A DNA stretch of 64,000 bases from a virus: positions 32,001-96,000 of IMG/VR virus record IMGVR_UViG_3300027804_000050. One strand, 5' to 3'. Under the pieces are notes generated by a model. It was given only the letters and a program-made list of their open reading frames with translations, did not search any database and was not told the DNA's origin. Positions 29,296 through 37,618 of this stretch are shown piece after piece. The position numbers were made by a program, and so were the translations under genes. How positions within the stretch are numbered: position 1 is the stretch's first letter; the number at the start of each line of letters is the position of its first letter.

Positions 29296-31788
29296 ATGGA
29301 TTACTTAAGCCAATTATTAGAAAGCTACGATAAGCTCAAGAAAAGAAAATTTAAATTAGTTTACATTGAAGAAGCGGCTGTTCAATTAGATCCTGAAGCT
29401 CAAAAAAAAGTAGACACTTATATTGCAACTGCACAATCAAAAGCTGAAGTACCTTCTCCTGATAATAAAACTCCAGTAGTAGAAGTTCCAGAAAGTAATG
29501 TTTGGGTAGCTAAAGAAGGTAAGACTGCGGGACAAGTTGTGTTTGATGGATTCCCCGGTCCAAGAAAAGGAAAAGCTTTTGCTTTGTCAGGGTCATCTAA
29601 TGCAAAACAAAATTATAATGATTTTGTTAAATTATTATCAGGCCAACAATCCGATTCGCAACAACAAGCTAGTGCAGAGGATCAAACTGTAGCAACTCCT
29701 ATTGTTCCTGAAGTTCCACAAATAGACGATATTTCTGCCGATACTCTTCAAAATTCTTTTAATGCTTTAAAAAATTATTGTAGAGATAATAATTATAATT
29801 CTCCAATATGTAAAGAAAAAGGTTTTGGAAAAACAAGCACATCTACAGGAAATATTTTTACAGGTAAAGATTCGACAAGTGTATACGGAAGATTAGCTTT
29901 AGGAGCGCGAATAGTGTATGATCCTGTTCAACAGGGTTTAGTACAACAAAAATTAGATGATGCTAATATAGATATTGCAACTGAAGCATATAGAAAATTA
30001 GTGGATGCTGCAATAAAAAAAGAAAATAGTTGTGAAGATTTTACAAAATCAATTGGATTAATTTATGGCAAGGATGGAGAAACTTTATCAAAAATTCTAC
30101 TAAAAACAAATTCAGGAGATGATGCTGAAGGAGTTTTGGTTAAAGCAGGCGCATATGAAACGGCTTTGCTTTCAATGGCTCATAAAAATTGTACCTCTGC
30201 TAAAAGAAAACAAAGAACAACTTTATCAATTGTGCAAGATGGATCTAAGAGCCAAATAAAAGGATCTTTATCTGAAGCAACTGTAGATTTTCATTATCTA
30301 ATGTTACGATATAAATCAAATATTTCATTAAAAGAAAAAGAAGACATTAGAAAATTCATGGCTCAATATCTACAAGATAAAATTTTTACCATACAAAAAT
30401 TAGCTCAAGATTTAAGTAATATAGAAGAAACTGCTACTGATGTTGAAACTACTTTTATGAATGAAGTATTACAAGAAGAAGCTTTAAAATCTTCTAATAC
30501 ATTAGAACTACAGAAATTTTTAGCAAGAGAATTATTTTACCAAAGAAAAATAATAAATGATTTTTTCCCTAACGCAGTTTGTGCTTTCAATTCTGCTGAA
30601 GCTGGTCCACCAAAAACAGGAGAAAGACCTGATAGACAATTTATCTACACCTCAAAACAGTTAGCCATACAAGATTTCTTACAAAGAAATCCTAATTCTG
30701 TAGCAGAGGAAGTTGAACTAGAAGAAGTTACTTTGCGACAATTGAGACAAGTAATAAAAGCTAGATGTGGTGGAGATCCTAATTGTAAATCTCAAAAAGA
30801 TTTTGATGCAATGCTTAGGTCTGGTGGTCTTTATGAAGCTGGTGATTCAACCAAAGTTTTTTTTATCTCTGCTGGATTAAAGAGATATTCGCAATTAGAT
30901 CACATTACATTAGGCACAGTAGCAAGTACAAATAGAATGGATGATTTATTTACTCCAAATTATACTGGAGATTCTCAACTTTCTGAAGGATTTTTAGATT
31001 TAGTAGATCGAAGATTAGAATTAGATTCAACTTCTTATGAAAGTATGATGGCTTTCCATGAAGATTCAAAAAAAGAAAGAAAAACTATTGAATCAACTAT
31101 AACATCAAATTACACTGTAGATACAGGAAAAAAACCTGATTTAGCAGATCCTATTCAAGTAATAAAAAGAGTATCAAGTATCATAGGAGAAAAAACTTTA
31201 AAAACAAATGAGTATGCTTCAGAAATTTTAAAGCTAACGGAAAAGGCTACAAAACTAAAAAAAGATTCAGAGGGTAATATCATTGATAAAACTTCTGTTA
31301 TACCTAGATTAAGCCATAAACTAGTAAAATTTAAATTAATTAATAAACTTCAGAACTCTTTGAGTTCAATGAATTTAAAAGAGAAAAAAGCTTGTGAAGA
31401 CTATTTATTGAGACAATTATTAATTACTGGATCTACAAAAGATTCGAATATGTATCAAACAATTATACCAGATAATGGGAAAAGTTCAGTCATAAGACAT
31501 AACGAAATTTTTGATACCATTTTAACATCTAGAAAAAAAGGTAAATTAAAAATAGAAGTAACTGGATCGGGAGCTAGATTTATTGATGCAGAGTCCAATC
31601 TATTTATAGACTTGAATATGAGCACTTCTGGAAAAGATGGAATTAGTTTTAAAGCTAAACTAAATAAAAATACAATAGAAAAATTAAATAAAATTCAACC
31701 AACACAAGTTAGTGAACAAGAACAATTAGAATTATTCAAAGAATTTTTTAAGATACAAGAAAAGATATTAAAATCAATTAATCAATAA
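29296..31788 (+). CDS. Large hypothetical protein, possibly head-packaged
   Basis: 830-aa ORF; N-terminal QLLES...YIEE motif. Confidence 0.55.
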   Translation: MDYLSQLLESYDKLKKRKFKLVYIEEAAVQLDPEAQKKVDTYIATAQSKAEVPSPDNKTPVVEVPESNVWVAKEGKTAGQVVFDGFPGPRKGKAFALSGSSNAKQNYNDFVKLLSGQQSDSQQQASAEDQTVATPIVPEVPQIDDISADTLQNSFNALKNYCRDNNYNSPICKEKGFGKTSTSTGNIFTGKDSTSVYGRLALGARIVYDPVQQGLVQQKLDDANIDIATEAYRKLVDAAIKKENSCEDFTKSIGLIYGKDGETLSKILLKTNSGDDAEGVLVKAGAYETALLSMAHKNCTSAKRKQRTTLSIVQDGSKSQIKGSLSEATVDFHYLMLRYKSNISLKEKEDIRKFMAQYLQDKIFTIQKLAQDLSNIEETATDVETTFMNEVLQEEALKSSNTLELQKFLARELFYQRKIINDFFPNAVCAFNSAEAGPPKTGERPDRQFIYTSKQLAIQDFLQRNPNSVAEEVELEEVTLRQLRQVIKARCGGDPNCKSQKDFDAMLRSGGLYEAGDSTKVFFISAGLKRYSQLDHITLGTVASTNRMDDLFTPNYTGDSQLSEGFLDLVDRRLELDSTSYESMMAFHEDSKKERKTIESTITSNYTVDTGKKPDLADPIQVIKRVSSIIGEKTLKTNEYASEILKLTEKATKLKKDSEGNIIDKTSVIPRLSHKLVKFKLINKLQNSLSSMNLKEKKACEDYLLRQLLITGSTKDSNMYQTIIPDNGKSSVIRHNEIFDTILTSRKKGKLKIEVTGSGARFIDAESNLFIDLNMSTSGKDGISFKAKLNKNTIEKLNKIQPTQVSEQEQLELFKEFFKIQEKILKSINQ

Positions 31789-32293
31789 ATATATTATCTG
31801 GATATTTTAATATTTCATCTAGTAAATTTATCTCATACTGCTCAAACCCTATGGTATTATAGAGTCTGGGCAGTATGTTTTTTTTCGAGATTGTTACTGT
31901 AGGTTGTCTATCTTGTTGAAAAATAATTATAAAATCTTTTTTAGCATTTACAGAATCTCTTTCAGCTTTTATTATAAAATCCCATAATTCTGAACTCTTA
32001 TTAAATAGACTACTAATACTTACTTTGTTATATCCTTTTTTACACTCAATGATATATTTAAATTTTAAAGGAGTAATCAAATCGCCATAAACTTTCAGAT
32101 GATCTGGAAGACTGTGTGTGGTGGCGAAGGCTCCCGAACCCGGAGTTCTGGCAAACTCTATTGTATTGAATCTATCATTAAGTAGGGAACATATTTTTCT
32201 TTCAAATGTGTTTCCCTTGGAGCGGCTGTTAATCTTTTTCTTTTTGGAAAGTTTTTCTTTAATCAAATTTAAATCATAGGAATCTTGTAACAT
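31778..32293 (-). CDS. Holliday junction resolvase (PD-(D/E)XK)
   Basis: NSRSKGNTFER, RTPGSGA, GDL, IECK motifs. Confidence 0.8.
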   Translation of the reverse strand: MLQDSYDLNLIKEKLSKKKKINSRSKGNTFERKICSLLNDRFNTIEFARTPGSGAFATTHSLPDHLKVYGDLITPLKFKYIIECKKGYNKVSISSLFNKSSELWDFIIKAERDSVNAKKDFIIIFQQDRQPTVTISKKNILPRLYNTIGFEQYEINLLDEILKYPDNIFID

Positions 32294-32692
32294 ATGGAAC
32301 CTCAGAACTATTATAGTACAACTGCTCCTGAAGAAAAGGTCTTCAAGGCAGAAGTTAAACCAAATGAAACCGTAAGCTTTGATTTTTCAAAGTGGAAGAT
32401 ACGAAACCAAACTCGTAGAAATGGATTGAATATGAGACTGATTATTAATCTAGATAAAGATCAATCATTGGCTTTCAAGAACTTCACAAAGATTGTGAAG
32501 CCTCAGGAGGTATCTGATGATGATTTCATAAAGACTATTTTCCTAACTGGAGTTGAGACTATGAACGATAAGCTCACTCAACTGATAAAGCAATATGCAA
32601 AGGAAAATAAAGCTGATCTAGAATCCTCGGGAATCTCTGTCATCGAAGGAGATGATGGTGATGTTACGCTCGCAGAAACCCCAAACCAATGA
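32294..32692 (+). CDS. Hypothetical protein (start uncertain)
   Basis: Open frame with phage-like codon use. Confidence 0.55.
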   Translation: MEPQNYYSTTAPEEKVFKAEVKPNETVSFDFSKWKIRNQTRRNGLNMRLIINLDKDQSLAFKNFTKIVKPQEVSDDDFIKTIFLTGVETMNDKLTQLIKQYAKENKADLESSGISVIEGDDGDVTLAETPNQ

Positions 32693-32699
32693 TTTGAAT

Positions 32700-33017
32700 A
32701 TGTTTAAACTCACTTTTCTGAGTAAGGAAAACGACCTTAACAAAGTACTCAGAAATCAAAAGAGAGACAGGAATACAATCAATTTATTGTTTGTATCCTT
32801 GTGGGACGAGCATTGCAACATTCTCCTTGATAAGTTGAAGGAGAAGTACAAGGATGATTTTGGAGAGGAAATTTTTGTCGTAGATAGCTTTCACATGCCT
32901 CATAGTTTTGTAATTTATGAAGTTGTGAAGGTTCCTCAACTAGTGGTTGTAGGCAAGGTGCATACTCAGATCGAAGAGTACTTACCTAAGATTTATGATT
33001 ACTTCCGTCTGGAGTGA
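32700..33017 (+). CDS. Thioredoxin-fold protein lacking canonical CxxC (WDEHC)
   Basis: LLFVSLWDEHC...YEVVKVPQLVV matches Trx topology including cis-Pro motif. Confidence 0.6.
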   Translation: MFKLTFLSKENDLNKVLRNQKRDRNTINLLFVSLWDEHCNILLDKLKEKYKDDFGEEIFVVDSFHMPHSFVIYEVVKVPQLVVVGKVHTQIEEYLPKIYDYFRLE

Positions 33018-33354
33018 TATCCTCTGTCTTAGAATCAATGTAATTCTTAATCTTTGTTTCATATCGTTTGTTTTTTGTATAAAGTAACTTCAAATTATGA
33101 ATAATAATTGTAGTGAAATAATTAAAAGCTGTACCTTTACTGTGGTTAAAGTTTGGTAGAGTTTTTAATATCAACAAAAAACAATCTTGCTTGGCATCAT
33201 CCTTGTCAAGTTTAAACTTAAAGGATTCTATAATGTTCTCCACGAGTATGTCGAACATCTTAATAAGTTCGGCTTCGTGAGCTTTAGGGTCCTTTTTGTA
33301 TTTTTTAATTAACTTTTCGAAATCCTTGTTATTTATATAATTTTTCTGACTCAT
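32986..33354 (-). CDS. gp55: Late-transcription sigma factor (T4 gp55-like)
   Basis: NYINNKDF, QDC, NF...KGTAFNYFTTI motifs. Confidence 0.75.
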   Translation of the reverse strand: MSQKNYINNKDFEKLIKKYKKDPKAHEAELIKMFDILVENIIESFKFKLDKDDAKQDCFLLILKTLPNFNHSKGTAFNYFTTIIIHNLKLLYTKNKRYETKIKNYIDSKTEDITPDGSNHKS

Positions 33355-33370
33355 AGCCTATCATACCTAT
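33355..33370. promoter_or_regulatory. Putative bidirectional leaderless promoter
   Basis: TATCAT (+) and TATGAT (-) overlap; each lies 5-6 nt from an ATG. Confidence 0.5.
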
Positions 33371-34393
33371 ATGGATCTAGAAAGACTGTATAAGGGTCTG
33401 GTTATTGCTCCAGATAACCCTCTTTGCTCAGGCTGTGTCATTTTGACTAAGACAAAGCCTTGCTATGCTGTTTTAGATTATGAACAGCAGGATCAATCCG
33501 ATGTCCTATTCCTATCTGATTCATTAAAGTCCAGATTTGGAAAGACTTATGCATTTACTGATGCAGAAGAAGAGATAATCAAACAAATTTTTAATAAACC
33601 GTTCGCCACGGCTGCTTCTGTTAAGTGCCCTTCTGTTAAAGAAGGCGATATGAATCCAGCCAGCATGAATGCTTGTCGCAATCATCTTAACGCCACTATA
33701 GATAAAATTAAACCAAAGTTGGTTTATGCTTGTGGCAACCTTGCCATGAAGATGTTAATTAAGAAAAGTGGCATAACAGATAAGAGGGGTAATTCCTACG
33801 ACTTCGAAACTCCTAATGGGCATAAGTGTGTGGTAGTTCCTATCCTACATCCTTATGCCATTATTCAAGAACCTAGGCACAAGCCAGTTTTTGAAACTGA
33901 TATAGCTAATGGATATAACAAACATATCTTGGGGAATGTTAAGCAAACTAAGATGGATTATACTTTGGTTGAATCCATAGCATCCCTGACAGATTTTTGT
34001 TATTGGCTAAAGAAATACGAAAAACCTATTGCTGTAGATATCGAAACCACTGGGCTAGACTTTCTGAAGGATAGCATTATGACAATTGCTATTGCTACAG
34101 ATGAGCGTTCTGCCGTAATCCCTATTCATCATAAGGAACACGATTGGTCCAAAGTATCTGATTATGTTGATCATGCTGAAATCTATGATCTAATCAGGTA
34201 CGGTTTGAATAGCAAAGCAATTAAAGTTTTACACAATGCAAAGTTCGATCTCAAGTTCATGAAGAAGTGTGGTATTAATTTTGGTCCTATTGCGGATACT
34301 AAAATGATGGCTCACATGGTAAATGAAGAGGGTAAGAATTCCTTGAAGGATCTTGTCAAGCAATATTTCCCTGAGTACTTGGAGAAACTCTAA
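33371..34393 (+). CDS. polA: DNA polymerase A part 1: family-4 UDG-like domain plus 3'-5' exonuclease N-part
   Basis: CxxC...VKC...C...HP; AVDIETTGL (ExoI); HNAKFD (ExoII). Confidence 0.85.
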   Translation: MDLERLYKGLVIAPDNPLCSGCVILTKTKPCYAVLDYEQQDQSDVLFLSDSLKSRFGKTYAFTDAEEEIIKQIFNKPFATAASVKCPSVKEGDMNPASMNACRNHLNATIDKIKPKLVYACGNLAMKMLIKKSGITDKRGNSYDFETPNGHKCVVVPILHPYAIIQEPRHKPVFETDIANGYNKHILGNVKQTKMDYTLVESIASLTDFCYWLKKYEKPIAVDIETTGLDFLKDSIMTIAIATDERSAVIPIHHKEHDWSKVSDYVDHAEIYDLIRYGLNSKAIKVLHNAKFDLKFMKKCGINFGPIADTKMMAHMVNEEGKNSLKDLVKQYFPEYLEKL

Positions 34394-34887
34394 TGCTTGG
34401 TATTGAAAACCCTAATAAGTTTGATTGGGCCAACATATCTTTGTCTGCTTGTGCTAATGGAAATTATGCAGACGCACACTACACTTTGCAAATTTATCAT
34501 ATCTTGTATGAAAGAATGCAGGAACTGGGGATGACTAAATTATATGATAATGTAATCTCCCCTGCGATCAATGAGTTTGCAGATATAGAATATCATGGCA
34601 TCAATGTATCCACTAATAAATTAAATGAGGTTGGTAAAGTTCTTCGTGATGCTAACATTGAAGCAGAGGATTTCTTGTACACTTGTAAAGGTGTGCAAAA
34701 AACAGACAACCTATCCTCTAATAATGATCTAATCGAAGTTATGTATACACGAGAAGGCGGGTTGGAGTTGTATCCACCTGATAAGACTGCAAAAGGATCC
34801 CCTTCTGTCTCTGCCCCAACATTAACAATCCTACTAGACTTTATTAATCAGGAGCTAGAATCCCGTGGCAAAGTGGAAAAATCGTGA
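34393..34887 (+). CDS. polA: DNA polymerase A part 2: ExoIII plus thumb N-part
   Basis: ADAHYTLQIY; IEYHGINV; NLSS; KTAKGSPSV. Confidence 0.8.
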   Translation: MLGIENPNKFDWANISLSACANGNYADAHYTLQIYHILYERMQELGMTKLYDNVISPAINEFADIEYHGINVSTNKLNEVGKVLRDANIEAEDFLYTCKGVQKTDNLSSNNDLIEVMYTREGGLELYPPDKTAKGSPSVSAPTLTILLDFINQELESRGKVEKS

Positions 34888-35977
34888 AGAAAATAAGGAT
34901 ATCGCCAAGTCGGTTGTCTCCCACAAGACAATTGAACAATTGCGTGAATCCAAAAAGTTTATTGAAGGATTGCTTGAACTACGCAAGTCTGAAAAGTTGG
35001 AAAAGACTTACATTCAAGGAACTAAATCTGCCATTGAATACAATGGTAACAATAAAGTTTATGTAGACTTCCGTTTTGATGGGACCGCCACAGGGCGGTT
35101 ATCTTGTGCTGCGTATTCTGCAAAGGAAGATATGGGGGTATCTTTCCATACTTTGCCTAGAGATACTAAGCATAATATTAGATCCATATTTGTAGCTCCT
35201 AAAGGTCATGCTTTTATCACCGTGGACTATGCAGCCATGGAACTTAGAGTTCTAGCTCATATTGCCAAGGAAAAGATTATGCAAAAAGCATTCATTGATG
35301 GGGCTGACCTGCATACTTACACAGCCGAGCTACTCTTTAATAAAAAGACCATCAGCAAGGAAGAGCGTCAGATTGCAAAGACTGTATCCTTCTTGATTGT
35401 ATATGGTGGAGGTGCCTTTAATCTTTCAGAAACAATGGGTATCCCCATGAAGAGGGCAGAAAAGATTATCGAAAACTACAGGAAAGTGTACCCCGGTATT
35501 TTCTCTTACATGGAGCATGTAAACAGATTCATTAGAGAAAATCATTATGCTTATACCATCTTCGGTCGCCGTAGAAATCTTCCTGATGTAACTTCAGAAG
35601 ACCAGACCGTAGTCAATAGAGCACTTCGTCAAGGACTAAATTTTACAATTCAAAGCACAGCATCAGATATACTTCTATGTGGATTGCTAGGCTGCTGCAA
35701 GGAGTTTAGCAAAAAAGGATTCCTAGCTCGTCCAGTAGCTACGGTGCATGACAGCTTGGAGGTAATTTGTCCTTTTAATGAAGTAGAACAAGTTTTGGAA
35801 ATTATCCATGAACAACTTGTGAATGTGCCTATAATAAAGCAAGTGTTCAATCTTGAGTTTTCTGTGCCTCTTAAGATTGATGCTGAGGTAGGTCATTCGT
35901 TCGGGGATGGCAAAGAAGTTCACTATCTTAATGGCAAGGTACAGAACATAACTGAAATCCTAGACTATATAAAATGA
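34865..35977 (+). CDS. polA: DNA polymerase A part 3: palm and fingers
   Basis: TATGRLS, DYAAMELR (A), RQIAKTVSFLIVYG (B), VHDS (C); AGGAG 10 nt before GTG. Confidence 0.92.
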   Translation: MAKWKNREENKDIAKSVVSHKTIEQLRESKKFIEGLLELRKSEKLEKTYIQGTKSAIEYNGNNKVYVDFRFDGTATGRLSCAAYSAKEDMGVSFHTLPRDTKHNIRSIFVAPKGHAFITVDYAAMELRVLAHIAKEKIMQKAFIDGADLHTYTAELLFNKKTISKEERQIAKTVSFLIVYGGGAFNLSETMGIPMKRAEKIIENYRKVYPGIFSYMEHVNRFIRENHYAYTIFGRRRNLPDVTSEDQTVVNRALRQGLNFTIQSTASDILLCGLLGCCKEFSKKGFLARPVATVHDSLEVICPFNEVEQVLEIIHEQLVNVPIIKQVFNLEFSVPLKIDAEVGHSFGDGKEVHYLNGKVQNITEILDYIK

Positions 35978-36654
35978 GAGTTGATTGTTTAGATAAAGGA
36001 TATGTTGAGTTAATTACTCATACAGAAAAGGGGGATTTACTTGTCGTTAACGCTGCTAGATGTTCCTTTGATAAAGAACATAAAGAATTTGATAATGAAA
36101 GAGATATTAAACTTATCTCTTATCTTGCACGGCATGGGCATCTTTTACCCTTCAGACATCCCCACGCAACTTTCCGTATCCACTGCCCTATTTTTGTCCT
36201 TCGCCAGTTAGGCAAGCATCAAGTAGGTTTTAGTTGGTCAGAAGTTTCCAGAAGGTATATAACTACGGAGCCAGAGTTTCATGTACCAGAGAACTGGAGA
36301 TCTAAGGCTCCCAATGTAAAGCAGGGAAGTTCTGAAGAAATATCTTATTGGAGCAAAAACTGCAAGGATGATGCTAACTTTTTAATTAAAGATGCACTAT
36401 TCTATTACAATATGATGCTCAAAAATGGGGTTTGTCCTGAGCAAGCTAGAATGATTCTACCACAATCAATGTACACTACCACAGTCGTTACAGGTAGTCT
36501 TTTGGGGTGGCATCATTTATTTGATCAGAGGACAGATGCACACGCTCAAAAAGAAACCCAAGACTACGCCAAAGCTATTGGATTTATAATGAACAACATA
36601 TATCCTATTAGCTGGAAAGCCCTATGTGATGAAAAAAACGCAGATAATCGGTGA
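35974..36654 (+). CDS. thyX: Flavin-dependent thymidylate synthase
   Basis: VVNAARCSF, KHQVGFSWSEVSRRY, EQARMILPQ, HAQKE. Confidence 0.93.
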   Translation: MRVDCLDKGYVELITHTEKGDLLVVNAARCSFDKEHKEFDNERDIKLISYLARHGHLLPFRHPHATFRIHCPIFVLRQLGKHQVGFSWSEVSRRYITTEPEFHVPENWRSKAPNVKQGSSEEISYWSKNCKDDANFLIKDALFYYNMMLKNGVCPEQARMILPQSMYTTTVVTGSLLGWHHLFDQRTDAHAQKETQDYAKAIGFIMNNIYPISWKALCDEKNADNR

Positions 36655-37618
36655 TGTTCATCTTGATGATCGATACATAGGATATTTAGATTTTCAAGTA
36701 CAAACAATAAAAAAGATAATCGACTCAGAAAATTGCCAAGATATTATTTTTCTAGGAGATTTATTTGAAAAAAGATCTCCTAGTCCAAAAGTTTTACTAG
36801 CACTTCAAACTATTTTAGATTATATACCCAGAGATAAAAAAGTATATCTTCTAAGAGGTAACCATTGTTCGCAAACCAAAGCGGACGATGGTCTTACAGC
36901 ATTATCTTTGTTTGAATATAAAAGAAATGTTACTGTAATAAAACACACGAGATCTGTAAATGGCTATACTTTTATTCCTCATTACGAAAACGAAAGAACT
37001 ATTATCGAAGACCTTTCTAGGGTTCCTGATGCTGATATCGTTTTGGGGCATTTTGGCTTTAATGGTTGCCTTAATCCTATGGGGGACCCTGATTTTAATA
37101 TTTCAGTGGATATGTTTACCAATAGAACTTTTTTGGGGCACATTCATCACTATAAAGAAACAAAAGAAATCACAATAGTTGGAACGCCATACAGCACCTC
37201 ATTCCAAGAAGCAAACAAAGATAGTTACTATGCTGTAGTTGACACTAAGGGTAACTATAAGATGAAGCCTATAAATTTCGGTATTCGTCATTTGGTAATG
37301 GATTTGAGCGAAGTTGTACAGAACAAGGAATTTATCGAAAATGATAATTACTATACTATTTTGAGAGTAATGGTTAACACTTTGGATAAGGATCAAGATA
37401 ATTTACGAGAGATTCTAGACCAAGTAAGACCTATGCATATTGATATTAAATATAAGCCAATTGTGGACGAAAAGAAACCACAAAGCACTTATGATCCAGA
37501 ACAAATTATAACCAGAGTGGATGAAAATTTAATCCTAGACTACATAAACAATACCAATACAACTTTAAGCAAGCAGGAACTAATGGATGGTTTGAAGGTT
37601 ATAAATGAAAATCAATAG
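36626..37618 (+). CDS. SbcD/Mre11/gp47-like nuclease
   Basis: GDVH, GDLF, GNH, GHF, GHIH phosphoesterase motifs. Confidence 0.88.
   Translation: MMKKTQIIGDVHLDDRYIGYLDFQVQTIKKIIDSENCQDIIFLGDLFEKRSPSPKVLLALQTILDYIPRDKKVYLLRGNHCSQTKADDGLTALSLFEYKRNVTVIKHTRSVNGYTFIPHYENERTIIEDLSRVPDADIVLGHFGFNGCLNPMGDPDFNISVDMFTNRTFLGHIHHYKETKEITIVGTPYSTSFQEANKDSYYAVVDTKGNYKMKPINFGIRHLVMDLSEVVQNKEFIENDNYYTILRVMVNTLDKDQDNLREILDQVRPMHIDIKYKPIVDEKKPQSTYDPEQIITRVDENLILDYINNTNTTLSKQELMDGLKVINENQ

Noticed and set aside
34380-34890. Group I intron or intein splitting polA
   Set aside because: No intervening sequence; the middle ORF itself carries Pol motifs
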